From Somniosus microcephalus (Eukaryota), in NCBI GenBank assembly GCA_052327205.1, contig CM126212.1:142910001-142974000 (forward strand): 64,000 nt of DNA. Reading direction: 5' to 3'. Below are positions 10,314 to 23,790 of this stretch, piece by piece. The notes beneath the pieces were generated by a model, which was given only the letters and a program-made list of their open reading frames with translations, was not told the origin of the DNA and did not search any database. Within the stretch, counting starts at the first letter, position 1. Each line of letters starts with the position of its first letter. The translations under genes were made by a program, and so were the position numbers.

Positions 10314-13300
10314 TGTAGTAACCTGGGAGGTTATGAGTAACCTGATCCACCAGGTGGTGCTGTGGCAATTGCTCTCCTGAGTTAAGTCTGGTCTGTACTG
10401 GTTGTACTCTTTGTTTTTGCTGCCTCATGGCAGAAGCTTTTATGTGCAAGTGTTGATTAAACCATGTTACGGAGTTAACCTGTGTCTGTCTCGATCTATG
10501 GCCACCTCAAGATACCACATATGGCGACGAGAATAAAGGACGGAAAAGTTTTGGTGGATCAGTCATAGTTAGGGAGTATTCGGAAGAGGTGCTCGGGTTG
10601 GTTAGCAAACTAGTCGGAAAAGCACGAGGCTAGGCCGCGGGAGTCAAAACGGAGTTTGATTTTTTGGCTGAAGTGACCGGACTCCAAGGATGGCAGGAAC
10701 GGTAGGCTCCATGGCACCTTTTGACAGCAAGTCGCAGTCTTGGGAGGAGTGTTGTGAAATACTGAGCCATTTCTTTATGGCAAACGAGGTGGACAGTGCT
10801 GAAAAGAAAAGGGCCATTTTACTGAGTTGTGTGGGAGCGCAAACCTATACACGGATGAGGAATCTGCTGAACCCGGAGCAGCCAGGAGAAAAATCTTTTG
10901 ACGAGTTGGTGAGTCTACTAAAGAATGATTTCAATCCGAAACCTCGTGAAATAGTACAGAGATGAAAATTCAATTCAAGGATTAGGAGGCCGGAAGAAAG
11001 CGTTACTGAGTATGTGGAGGAGCTTCGGAAGCTCGCACAGGACTGTAATTTTGGAAATACGCTCACAGTCATGTTAAGGGACAGACTAGTATGCGGAGTT
11101 AATGACGACAGTATACAGCAAAGGTTGCTGTCAGAAGAAGGATTAACGTTTGAGACGGCACTTAAAAAAGCACAAGCCATGGAGACGGCTAACAAGGACA
11201 TTAAGGACTTAAACAGTATGAGCAAGGAGAAATGGAGTAAACCAGTGGGAGGGGCTGTTTTCAAGATGGAAGCTGGCGCAAAAAGTCCACCAGTCGGGGT
11301 TGGGGATTGCTACCGATGTGGCGGGACGAGCCATTATGCAAAGGACTGCAGGTTTGCAAAGGCAAAGTGCCACAATTGTGGAAAAATAGGGCACTTAAAG
11401 AAAGTCTGTAAAAGGGCAGTGAGTGAGAGAAGCAGTGCTAAAGGGGCAAAGCATGCTAAAGGGGGGAGGGAGAAGTACACAAAGCGGGCAAATTACATAC
11501 AAGAGGAAGAGCCTAGTGAGTCTAGTGAGGAGGTTTTCACTATATACAGTATAGACACTTCAAGGCCCAACGTACCCCCTCTCACTCAGTATTTGATAGT
11601 GAACGGAGGTCAAGTAAAGTTTGAGATTGACACCGGATGTAGTGTAACCATAATGTCGCAGACTGAGTGCGCCAAGCTATGGGGGGAAGCAAAAGTACCA
11701 GAGCTAGGTACATGCCCCATTAGTCTCAAAACCTACACAGGACAGAAGGTGGACATTTTGGGGGCGGCCAAAGTACAAGTGGAACACAAAGGAGTCACCA
11801 AAGAGCTTACGGTGGTAGTGGTAGCAGGGTCAGGGCCAAACCTGTTAGGGCGAGGGTGGATCAGTGAGTTGAGTGTGTACTGGCAGGCAATGAATAAAAT
11901 GGGGGACAGTACAGAGGCACTGCAAGAAGTGCTGATGAAGCATGAGTTAGTGTTCAAGGACGCACTGGGCACCTTAAGGGGAGCCACAGCCAAGATTCAT
12001 GTAGCCAGTGATGCCACGCCTCGTTTCTTTAAACCAAGGTCGGTACCTTTTGCAATGAAAACCAAGGTTGAGGCGGAACTAGATCGCCTGCTAAAGGACA
12101 AAGTAATAGAACCAGTGAAATTTTCAGACTGGGCGGCACCAATAGTCCCGGTATTGAAGCCCGACGGTAACGTAAGGGTGTGTGGTGACTATAAGTTAAC
12201 AGTGAACAGAGTATCATCACTGGAACAGTACCCCATTCCGAGAATGGAGGACATGTTAACATCGCTCGCTGGGGGAGAAAGATTCAGCAAACTGGACATG
12301 AGTCATGTGTATCAGCAGATATTGCTAGATGAAGAATCAAAAAAGTTTGTCACGGTGAACACGCACAAGGGGCTGTTCACGTATGCCAGGTTACCATTTG
12401 GTGTCAGTTCTAGCCCAGCAATATTCCAACGGACTATGGAGGGCATTCTGCAGGGCATTCCAAAGGTGGCCGTGTACTTAGATGATATTCTGCTAACAGG
12501 AAGTGACGATCAGGATCACGTAAAAACACTGGACAAAGTGCTACAGCGGCTGGAAGAGGCGGGGCTACGCCTGAAACGGAGTAAGTGTAGTTTCATGGAG
12601 AAGGAAGTTACATTCCTGGGACATCGGGTGGATGCCACAGGCCTCCATCCATTACCAGGGAAAGTGCGGGCAGTGCAGGATGCACCTGCACCCACCTCAG
12701 TGACTGATCTGAAAGCCTATCTAGGGCTCCTGAATTATTATAACCGGTTTCTTTCAAACTTATCAATGCTGCTGGCACCCCTGCACAAACTGCTGAGAAA
12801 GGAGGAGCCATGGCGTTGGGGGCCAGAGCAAGCGAAAGCGTTTCAGCAGTCAAAGGAGCTACTTCAGTCCAGCAGGGTGTTAGTGCATTACGACGAGAAG
12901 AAGGAGCTGATAATGTCTTGCGACGCATCACCCTATGGAGTGGGGGCAGTGTTGGCCCACCGCATGCCAGATGGAGCGGAAAGGCCCATCGGGTTTGTTT
13001 CACGCACGCTCACAGCTGCGGAAAAGAACTATTCACAGCTTGATAAAGAGGGGTTAGCCATTATATTTGGAGTAAAGAAATTCCATAAGTACATATATGG
13101 GAGGAAGTTTGTAATCAGTACTGACCACAAGCCTCTTATTAGCTTACTGAATGAGATGAAAGCGGTGCCTCAAATGGCATCACAGAGAATAATGAGATGG
13201 GCAGTAATACTAAGAGCCTATGAATATGTGATCACGTACAGAGCCGGCAAGGAAAACGGGAACGCTGATGCTCTCAGCCGCCTGCCCCTCTCAAAATCTC

Positions 13301-14992
13301 CCCGCAGTACTTCCCCTGAGGAGCACGTCCTGATGCTGGATCAGGAGATCAGTCCCCTGATGACTTCAGCGCAAATCCAGGGCTGGACAGCCAAGGACCC
13401 CATTCTGTCAAGGGTCCGTGAGTATGTGTTGAAAGGCTAGCCAGATCACCGTGAGGGACCGGAGTTCGCGCCGTACAGACAGAGACAGCACGAGCTCAGT
13501 GTCCAAGATGGATGTGTGCTATGGGGAGCACGCATCATAGTCCCAAAGCGGGGACGCTCTACTTTGATGGAACAGTTGCATCAATCGCACCCAGGAATGA
13601 CTAGAAAGGACTGGCTAGGAGCTACCTGTGGTGGCCTAACTTGGATGCTGAAATTGAGTCAAAGGTAAAGTCATGCACTATATGTGAGGAACAGAGGAAA
13701 GCACCTGCCGGGGCACCACTCCATCCCTGGGAGTGGCCCAGCAAACCCTGGAGGAGAATTCACATAGACTATGCGGGACCTTTTATGTGCAAAATGTTTT
13801 TGGTGCTGGTAGACGCTCACTCAAAGTGAATCGACGTTTATCCAGTGAGCTCTGCAACGACTGATGCCACACTGGATTGTCTCAGAACAGCTTCAGCATG
13901 CATGGTATTCCAGAAATGATTGTATCCGACAATGCACAGTGTTTTGTTAGTGAAGGGAGCAAAGAATTCATGGTAAGGAATGGAATCACACATGTCACCT
14001 CGGCTGCATATCACCCAGCCTCAAATGGGTTAGCCGAGCGAGCCGTGCAGACTTTTAAGGAGCTCATGTGGAAGAGCTCAGGCGACACCCTGGAGACCAA
14101 GCTCAATAGAGCCTTGTTTAGTTATCGTATAACACCCCAAGCTACCACGGGGCTTTCTCCGGCTGAGTTGATGATGGGGAGAAAGTTGCGGTGCACGTTA
14201 GACCTGATACACCCAGATCTCAAAAGCAAGGTTGAGACAAAACAAACAAACCAAAAAGCGTACCATGACAAACATACTAAAGCTCACCATTTCGCCATAG
14301 GGGACTCTGTGTACACCCGGAACTTCGGCTATGGACCTAAATGGATACCAGGACATTACAGGATCTGTGTCGTACTCCGTGTTACTAGGGGATGGTTGAG
14401 GGGTTTGTCGGCATGTGGATCAGCTTTTCAGCCAGCAGCAGGGGGAACTGCCTCAGATGGAACAAAGGGCAGTAGAGGAGGCTGTTCCAGGACCCAGCAT
14501 GGCTTATAAGGTGCCAGTGGACACTGGTACTGCCAGGCCACAGTGGGACAGAGTAAAACCAACATCAGAGACTACTCCAATCTCAAGTGCGAATGAATCT
14601 GAGAATCCACCACAAGTGGAATTAAGACATTCACAAAGGATTCGCAAGCAACCAGAAAGACTTATACAAACCTATTAAATTAGTCAGGGGTTAACCATGG
14701 TTAGAGCATACTGGTTAATTAAAACGTAGTACCTAGTAAGGGTTATTGTTTAAGAATTGCATACGGCAATCTTAAGGGGGGAGGAGTGTAGTAACCTGGG
14801 AGGTTATGAGTAACCTGATCCACCAGGTGGTGCTGTGGCAATTGGTCTCCTGAGTTAAGTCTGGTCTGTACTGGTTGTACTCTTTGTTTTTGCTGCCTCA
14901 TGGCAGAAGCTTTTATGTGCAAGTGTTGATTAAACCATGTTACGGAGTTAACCTGTGTCTGTCTCCATCTATGGCCACCTTAAGATACCACA
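10314..14992 (+). mobile_element. Full-length Gypsy (Mag-like) LTR retrotransposon inserted in a decayed CR1 3' fragment
   Basis: 206-bp LTRs 10314-10519 and 14787-14992 (3 differences seen), TG...CA ends, 5-bp TSD GTTAT, PBS TGGCGACGAG 10522-10531, PPT 14774-14786. Confidence 0.97.
10690..14678 (+). pseudogene. gag-pol polyprotein (two CCHC knuckles, protease, RT, RNase H, integrase), disrupted
   Basis: CYRCGGTSHYAKDC, CHNCGKIGHLKKVC, FEIDTGCS, YLDD, CDAS, HIDYAGP, VSDN, NGLAERAVQ; stops at 10963, 13438, 13827 and frameshifts in the integrase. Confidence 0.95.
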
Positions 14993-15391
14993 GTTATTCT
15001 TCAGACAACGAGTGATCAACGCAAGGAATGAAGTTCTGTGAAGGGTAGTAATGGTGAAAACCCTGGACTGGAGTCATTTAAGGAATTGGAAGACATGTGG
15101 CGGGGGGGTGAAGGGAGGAGGGATTGTGGGCTCTTTCTGGATAAATGAGAAAGGATGGGTCCAACAGTCTTCCTCATCTATACATATCTTCTGATCTGCC
15201 GATGATATTGTAAACCAGAAGTGCCCCATGTTCTCGGAGATGTGATCAAAATGTGCTTTCGACTCTTCCTGTCGTCACAATTTTTGGTCACACTTTGTCA
15301 ATATTTACCATGGGAACTATCTATGTAAATAATTAGATTGGAAATCCTTTATGTAAACAGTTGCCTGTAATGATGTAGTTGCAGGCTTTGG

Positions 15392-15470
15392 CCAGTAGAT
15401 GGTGCTGAAGTCTTTCTCCAGTGGATGGTGCTGAAGTCTTTCTCCAGTGGATGGTGCTGAAGTCTTTCTC
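15392..15470 (+). repeat. 26-bp tandem repeat x3
   Basis: CCAGTGGATGGTGCTGAAGTCTTTCT repeated. Confidence 0.9.
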
Positions 15471-16325
15471 CCAACTCCGTTGCCAATTTGCATATAAAAG
15501 ACCCACCAAAAAACAAACGTATTCATTATCTGACAAGATTACAAGCAATTTATTATTATATATTTATATGGTCTTCACACAAATTCCTAATTTACACCTC
15601 CAATGGCTAGGCTTCACACCGGCAGCAGGGACTCATAAAATTAACCCTTTAATGTACAGTTCACACTTCAGTGACAGCCCACAGCTCAGTAACCTTCCTA
15701 TACAACATTAGTACAACACTACAGATGAATTACCTTTTTGCTGTGAGAAAAGCTTCCTGTTTTCTTTCTTTCTGGCCCTCATTTGAGTCTCCCTCCACCC
15801 TGCGCTATCCCCTGTTCGGAGGGCAGGCAGGTGACCTCCTCTTTGACTGTCACTGAGGCTAAAGAAAGGTGTGCATTTATAAAGCGCCTCATCACATCTC
15901 TCAGAAGAACGCTGCATACAATGAATTACTTTGAAGTTCGGTCATTGTTATGAAGCCAAATATGGCAGCCAATTCCCACAACTGTCCCCTTTAAATAATT
16001 AAACAAGTATACAATGGAATTAAAGCTCGGAGATTCTGATGGCCCTCTACAAGCAGCATCTACTGTTTAACATTTTTATGAACTTTATTGATTATCAAGA
16101 GACTTTCCTTCTAGTGCAACATGAAGGATTACAACACATTGCGCCATGGAGGAGTTACATAGAATCTACAACACAGAAACAGGACATTCAGCCCAACTGG
16201 TCTATGCCAGCACTTATACACTCGCTCTAAGTACCACTTCCCACCCTGCCCCCATTTCCCTCTATTAATTTCTCCATGATGTAAGCATCAAGCCTCCCCT
16301 TACACGGGACAATGCTTTGCTTCAA

Positions 16326-17160
16326 GTGGGGTACAGTATGAAGGATTGCCAATACACTGCACCATGGAGGGTGGGTACAGTATGAAGGATTGCCAATACA
16401 CTGCACCATGGAGGGTGGGTACAGTATGAAGGATTGCCAATACACTGCACCATGGAGGGTGGGTACAGTATGAAGGATTGCCAATACACTGCACCATGGA
16501 GGGTGGGTACAGTATGAAGGATTGCCAATACACTGCACCATGGAGGGTGGGTACAGTATGAAGGATTGCCAATACACTGCACCATGGAGGGTGGGTAGAG
16601 TATGAAGGATTGCCAATACACTGCACCATGGAGGGTGGGTACAGTATGAAGGATTGCCAATACACTGCACCATGGCGGGTGGGTACAGTATGAAGGATTG
16701 CCGATACTGTACCCACCCTCCATGGTGCAGTGTATCGGCAATCCTTCATACTGTACCCACCCGCCATGGTGCAGTGTATTGGCAATCCTTCATACTGTAC
16801 CCACCCTCCATGGTGCAGTGTATTGGCAATCCTTCATACTCTACCCACCCTCCATGGTGCAGTGTATTGGCAATCCTTCATACTGTACCCACCCTCCATG
16901 GTGCAGTGTATGAAGGATTGCCAGTACACTGCACCATGGCGGGTGGGTACAGTATGAAGGATTGCCAATACACTGCACCATGGAGGGTGGGTACAGTATG
17001 AAGGATTGCCAATACACTGCACCATGGAGGGTGGGTACAGTATGAAGGATTGCCAATACACTGCACCATGGCGGGTGGGTAGAGTATGAAGGATTGCCAA
17101 TACACTGCACCATGGCGGGTGGGTAGAGTATGAAGGATTGCCAATACACTGCACCATGGA
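16326..17160. repeat. 44-bp minisatellite with an internal inverted block (~16704-16911)
   Basis: Unit GGGTGGGTACAGTATGAAGGATTGCCAATACACTGCACCATGGA; orientation forward-reverse-forward. Confidence 0.97.
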
Positions 17161-17324
17161 GAGCGGGAACAGATTTACAACCACAATCCACCCACATACC
17201 GAATTTCTCAGTGGCGTTATCATGGGAATGTCAAATGGAGACCAGATTCTTCTCCACTGGGAGGCAGCTTAACCCCGGGGTTGCTCTTCCACACAGCCTA
17301 GTGGCTACTTCCAGCTTTTTTTAA

Positions 17325-17632
17325 ATTTGCTCATCGGATGTGGGCGTCGCTGACAAGGCCAGCATTTATTGCCCATCCCTAATTGCCCTTGAGAAGGTGG
17401 TGGTGAGCTGCCTTCTTGAACCGCTGCAGTCCGTGAGGTGAAGGTGCTCCCACAGTGCTGTTAGGGAGGGAGTTCCAGGATTTTGATCCAGCGACGATGA
17501 AGGAACAGCGATATATTTCCAAGTCAGTATGGTGTGAGACTTGGAGGGGAACTTGGAGGTGGTGGTGTTCCCATGCGCCTGCTGAACTTGTCCTTCTAGT
17601 TGGTAGAGGTCACGGGTTTGGGAGGTGCTGCT
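17325..17632 (-). repeat. CR1/L2-group LINE 3' fragment
   Basis: Reverse complement of the family at 1540-1750. Confidence 0.75.
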
Positions 17633-18654
17633 GAAAAACATGTACATAGCTTGCTGCTGTCTCACCCAGGTAAAAACTAATGTAACAGATTATTTTCATC
17701 CAAACATAATTTTACCATTCTAAATTATATATTCATATGTTGTTCCAAAGACCATCTGTTCAATAAAACCCTTGGCTGTTACTTCTGCTTCAGAATATTC
17801 ATAAGGACAAGCAGAGTGTACATGTATGCAACTAATGTGTGATGCAAATCATTTTGTCAGGTAGCTTTGTAAACAGCACGATCTCTGGTTCATGCAGTAC
17901 TCTGGTTCATGTTGATTTTCGATGCCATCTATCCAGAACATCAACACCCCCCCAATTTTCTCCCCTCTCTATTTACCGCCACTGAATCGTGCTGGGTACG
18001 GTCCCATGGGTGTGGATAGGTCTCCAGTTGGCCAACCAACTGGAGGCCGCTCTTCACGCGAGTGCTGTAACGCTGTTTTACCCTCCGAGGACCTGGCAGC
18101 CCAGCCCAATCTGGTTCTCCTCTGATGCTCACGTGCACACACTTTCAATGGGTAGCAATCGGGAGTGGAAACCCAGGCTCGTTTTTTCTTCCACAGCCCA
18201 AAGGTGTTCAGGTCAATAAGGTGTTCAGTGCCAAGTGCAGTGAGATCGGCAAACTCAGCACAGACCTCTGATCCAACCTATGGTTTGTATTGCTGGCTTC
18301 TGCCCACAAACCAAGCCTCCTGTGAACTGAAATGTCATGTTTATTCTCTGTTCTGTTTGAACTAACATAGCCCAGGCCTAACAACTAACTCTGGATGGTG
18401 TTAAAATGCTCACTGCAGAATACATAGGACGCTCACCATGCTCTCCCATCACTTCAGACAGAGAAAAATACTACACTGATCGACCTTAGGCTAAATCTGC
18501 TGTCCAGATTTATTTACAGACACAATAACAGGAAGCGGAAACATAGGCAAGAGTCTACAGTCTACTCCTTTAAATTTGAGGTTGTTTAATTCAAATTATA
18601 TATTAATTCCAACTTTTCTCAGCAAAAAAAACTGATTTATTTAAATTCTTTTGA

Positions 18655-19104
18655 AAAGACTTACATTTATATAGCACTTTTCACGACCTCAGCGTGTCCC
18701 AAAGCGCTTTACAGCCAATTAAGTACTTTTGAAGCATAGACACTGTTGCAAAGTAGGAAACACGGCAGCCAATTTGTGCACAGCAAGCTCCCACAAAAAG
18801 CAATTAAATAAATGATCAGATGATCTGTTTTAGTGATGTTGATTGAGGGATAACTGTTGGCCAGGACAGCAGGGAGAACTCCCCTGCTCTTCTTCGAAAA
18901 ATGCCATGGGATCTTTGACGTCCACCTGAGAGGGCAGACGGGGCCTTGGCTGAATGACACATCTGAGAGATGGTACTTCTGACCTCAACACTTCATCACT
19001 GGAGCGTCAGCCTAGATTTTATGCTTAAGACTCTGGAGTGGGGCATGAACCCACAACCTTATGACTCGGAGGCGAGAGTGCCACAACTGAGCCACGGCTG
19101 ACAC
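18655..19104 (-). mobile_element. Uninterrupted tRNA-headed SINE (Deu-domain, SacSINE1-like); empty-site reference for the Tx1 target
   Basis: Head GTCAGCCGTGGCTCAGTTGTGGCACTCTCGCCTCCGAGTC..., B-box-like GGTTCATGCCC, conserved body and GCTATATAAATG tail; family name from recall. Confidence 0.8.
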
Positions 19105-19809
19105 CCCCTAGTTTGAACAAATCGATAATTTGAATTTTTTTCTGAGCAAAAAACTACAGTACATTGAATTAACAGGAGCAGACTGTATATAGGGTTAAAA
19201 TGAACTCTCTGTTGCAAAATGTGGTTCTTACAGCTTCCCTTGCCAAACTCTTAGAAAGACAGGAGTCTCTGGCAGTACTTACTAAAGCTTATTGAAGGAT
19301 TCCATGTGCCCCATCCTACGCAGTGTTGCTGAAGAATGGCTACAAGACCTGACATTCATACATGGTTTCTTTGATGTAGAAACAAACAGTCTCTTCAAAG
19401 ATTGTCTATAACTAACAAAATGAGCAGACTAACAGAACAGCAAACAATGGGCTGCTCTTTTAGCTGTTTACACCTTTTCACCTAGACAGGTTTCAACATC
19501 TGATGCTTGTTCAAAATTACATTTTCAGACGGCTATAACCAAGATGAATTGACCTAAAATAGGCTCTTGGGGCACCCTCTTCTACATATTCTGGTCAAGC
19601 CGCTCTATCTAGATAGTCGTCCAGGAGACCACTTGGAACATCACCAGCTTAGTGCTTGCTGGGCTTGCCCATTGAAGAGGGGCCACCTTTCCTGCAGTGA
19701 TTACACTTCAAAAGCACTTCATTGGCTGTAAGGCACTTTGGGATGTCCTGAGGTTGTGAAAGGTGCTATATAAATGCAAGTCTTTCTTTTCTTTATAACT
19801 CTCATTACT

Positions 19810-22800
19810 TGCTGCAAGAAGGTGCATCTGCAGCGTCAGCAGCGGACCTGCGAGGGAGCAGCGGCTGTGGGTGAAAATAAAGGTCGGTGATTTTCAGGCC
19901 CAGTCGAGCAGCGGCAGCAGCGGGAGTGGCGGACCTGCGAGGGAGCAGCGGCTGTGGGTGAAAATAAAGGTCGGTGACTTTAAGGCCCAGTCGAGCAGCG
20001 GCAGCAGCGGGAGCGGAGGCAGAATTCGAGAGTGACGTCACAGTACAGAAAGTGACGCTGACGCAGGGGAAGCAGCTGATTGGGTGAGTACGGCCAGGTG
20101 AGTATTTATAATACTCGATAGTTTGACAGTTAAGGTTAATAGTTTATAAAGTTTAAAAGGTCTTAATTTTGTGGTTTATAGTTGCTACGGTCTCTGTTGT
20201 GTAGCGGGGAGTGCTAGGAAACAAGGGCCCTTGAGTATATCATATAATTGTTGTGTAATTAGTGGTATTGATTTGATTTAATTTAATTTGAATTAATTAA
20301 AGGGTAATTCATGGCAGGACAGCTCGGCCCCGTGGCATGCTCCTCCTGCGCTATGTGGGAAATCAGGGACAGTTCCTACGTCCCTGACGACCATGTGTGT
20401 GGAAAGTGTGTCCAGCTGCAGCTACTGACAGACCACATTGTGGCGCTGGAGCTGCGAATAGATACATACTGGAGCATTCGCGATGCTGAGGACGTCGTGG
20501 ATCTCACGTTTAATCAGTTGGTCACACCGCAGGTAAAGGCTGCACAGGCAGGAAGGGAATGGCTGACCACCAGGCAGAGTAGTAGGCACAGGCAGGTAGT
20601 GCAGGGTCCCCTGTGGCCATCCCCCTCTCAAACAGATATACCACTTTGGATATTGTTGAGGGAGATAGCTTATCGGGGGAAGGCAGCAGCAGCCAACTTC
20701 CTGGCACCGTGGGTGGTTCTGCTGCACAGGACGGGAGGAAAAAGAGTGGGAGAGCTATACTAATAGGGGATTCTACTGTAAGGGGAATAGATAGGAATTG
20801 CTGCAGCCACAAACGAGACTCCAGGATGGTATGTTGCCTCCCTGGTGCAAGTGTCAAGGATGTCTCGGAGCGGCTGCAGGGCATTCTGGAGGGGGAGGTT
20901 GAACAGCTAGTTGTGGTGGTGCACATAGGTACCAACGATATAGGTAAAAACCGGGATGAGGTCCTAAAAGCTGAATATAGGGAGTTAGGAGGTAAATTAA
21001 AAAATAGGACCTCAAAGGTAGTAATCTCAGGATTGCTACCAGTGCCACGTGCTAGTCAGAGTAGAAATAGAAGGATAGTTCAGATGAATACGTGACTAGA
21101 GGAATGGTGCAAGTGGGAGGGATTCAAATTCCTGGGACATTGGAACCGGTTCTGGGGGAGGTGGGACCAGTACAAACTGCACGGTTTGCACCTGGGCAGG
21201 ACTGGGAACAATATCCTTGAGGAGTGTTTGCTAGTGCTGTTGGGGAGGGTTTAAACTAAAATGGCAGGGGGTTGGGAACCTGTGCAGGGAGACAGAGGAA
21301 AAGGAAACAAGGTTAGATGCAAAAGACAGGAAGGAGAAAAGCAAAAGTGGCAGTCAGAGAAATCAAGGGTTTAAATCAAACATGGCCACAGTAAATAATA
21401 ATTCTAAAAGGTATAAGAGTGTTAAAAAAACAAGACTGAAGGCTTTGAGTCTTAATGGGAGAAGCATTCGTAATAAGGTGGATGAATTAGCTGCGCAGAT
21501 AGATGTAAACGGATATATAATGATTGGGATTACGGAAACATGGCTCCAGGGTGACCAAGGCTGGGAACTCAACATCCAGGGGTATTCAATATTCAGGAAA
21601 GACAGGCAAAAGCGAAAAGGAGGTGAGGTAGCATTGCTGGTTAGAGGGGATTAACACAATAGTAAGGAAGGATATTAGCTCTGATGATGTGGAATCTGTA
21701 TGGGTAGAGCTGAGAAATACCAAGGGGCAGAAAACGATAGTGGGAGTTGTATACAGACCCCCAAACAGTAATGCGGAGGTTGGGGATGGCATTAAATGGG
21801 AAATTAGAGACACGTGCAATAAGGGCACAGCAGTTATCATGGGTGACTTTAATCTAAACATAGATTGGGCTAACCAAATTAGTAACAACACTGTGGAGGA
21901 GGAATTCCTGGAGTGTATACGGGATGGTTTTCTGGACCAATATGTTGAGGAACCAACTAGAGATCAGGCCATCTTAGACTGGGTATTATGTAATGAGAAA
22001 GGATCAGAATCAGGGGAATTTATAATGGGGAACAAAGAAATTGCAGACCAATTAAATACATATTTTGGTTCTGTCTTCACAAAGGAGGACACAAATAACC
22101 TCCCAGAGATGTCGGGGAACATAGGGTCTGATGAAAGGGAGGAACTGAAAGAAATCAGTATTTGTAGGGAAATGGTGTTAGGGAAATTGACGGCATTGAA
22201 GGCTGATAAATCCCCAGGGCCTGATAATCTACATCCTAGGGTACTTAAGGAAGTGGCCCTAGAAATAGTAGACGCATTGCTGATCATCTTCCAACATTCG
22301 ATGGAATCTGGAACAGTACCCATGGATTGGAGGGTAGCTAATGTTACCCCACTATTCAAAAAAGGTGGTAGAGAGAAAACGGGGAATTACAGACTGGTAA
22401 ACCTGACATCGGTAGTGGGGAAAATGCTAGAGTCCATTATAAAAGATGTAATAGCAGAGCACTTGGAAAACAGTGACAGGATCGGACAAAGTCAACATGG
22501 ATTTACAAAAGGTAAATCGTGCTTGACTAATCTACTGGAATTTTTTGAGGATGTAACTGGTAAAATAGATAAGGGAGAACCAGTGGATGTGGTGTATTTG
22601 GACTTTCAGAAGGCTTTCGATAAGGTCCCGCATAAGAGATTAGCGTGTAAAGTTAAGGCACATGGGATTGGGGGCAAGGTATTGACTTGGATAGAGAACT
22701 GGTTGGCAGACAGAAAGCAAAGAGTTGGAATAAACGGTCTTTTTCCGAGTGGCAGGCAGTGACTAGTGGGGTACCGCAGGGATCGGTCCTTGGACCCCAG

Positions 22801-23790
22801 CTATTCACAATATATATTAATGATCTAGACAAGGGAACTAAATGTAATATCTCCAAGTTTGCAGACGACACAAAGCTGGGTGGGCGTGTGTGCTGTGAGG
22901 AGGATGCCGAGAAACTTCAGTATGATTTGGACAGGTTGGGTGATTGGGCAGATGCATGGCAGATGCAGTATAATGTGGATAAATGCAAGGTTATCCACTT
23001 GGGTGGCAAAAACAGGAAGGCAGATTATTATCTGAATGGCAATAGATTGGGAGAAGGGGAAGTGCAATGAGACCTGGGTGTCCTTGTGCACCAGTCACTG
23101 AAGGTAAGCATGCAGGTGCAGCAGGCAGTTAAGAAGGCAAATGGTATGTTGGCCTTCGTAGCGAGAGGATTCGAGTACAGGAACAAGGATGTCTTGCTGC
23201 AGTTGGAAAGGGCCTTGGTGAGACCACACCTTGAGTATTGTGTGCAGTTTTGGTCGCCTTATCTGAGGAAGGATGTTCTTGCCGTGGAGGGAGCGCAGCA
23301 AAGATTCACCAGACTGATACCTGGGATGGCAGGAATGACGTATGAGGAGAGATTGCGTCGATTGGGCTTATATTCGCTGGAGTTTAGAAGAATGAGAGGG
23401 GTTTCTCATTGAAACTTATAAAATTCTAACAGGCCTGGACAGACTAGATGCAGGAAGGATGTTCCCGACGGCGGGGGAGCCCAGAACCAGAGGCCACAGT
23501 CTAAAGATAAGGGGTAAGCCATTTAGGACAGAGATGAGGAGGAATTTCTTCACCCAGAGAGTGGTGAACCTGTGGAATTCTCTACCACAGAAGACAATTG
23601 AAGCCAATTCATTAAAAATATTCAAGAAGGAGTTAGATATATTTCTTAAGGCTAAAGGGATCAAGGGATATGGGGAGAAGGCAGGGACAGGGTACAGAGT
23701 TTGGATGATCAGCCATGATCTCATTGAATGGCGGAGTAGGCTCGAGGGGCCGAATGGCCTACTCCTGCTCCTATCTTCTATGTTTCTATG
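19810..23790 (+). mobile_element. Near full-length CR1 LINE (subfamily A): 5' UTR, ORF1, internally deleted ORF2, TTCTATG tail
   Basis: ORF1 CSSC...CGKC finger, zipper and SGNH-like GDS/HIGTND; ORF2 endonuclease (ITETW, GDFN) and RT ([14 protein letters not shown]); linker missing between NEKG and SESGEF relative to the copies at 45065 and 58321. Confidence 0.93.
20311..21259 (+). pseudogene. CR1 ORF1 (zinc finger, coiled coil, esterase), frameshifted
   Basis: ORFs 20311-20763 and 20613-21095. Confidence 0.85.

Noticed and set aside
16326-17160. CRISPR array or repeat-protein genes
   Set aside because: Units are directly adjacent with no unique spacers, the context is eukaryotic, and the ORFs are by-products of a stop-free 44-bp unit
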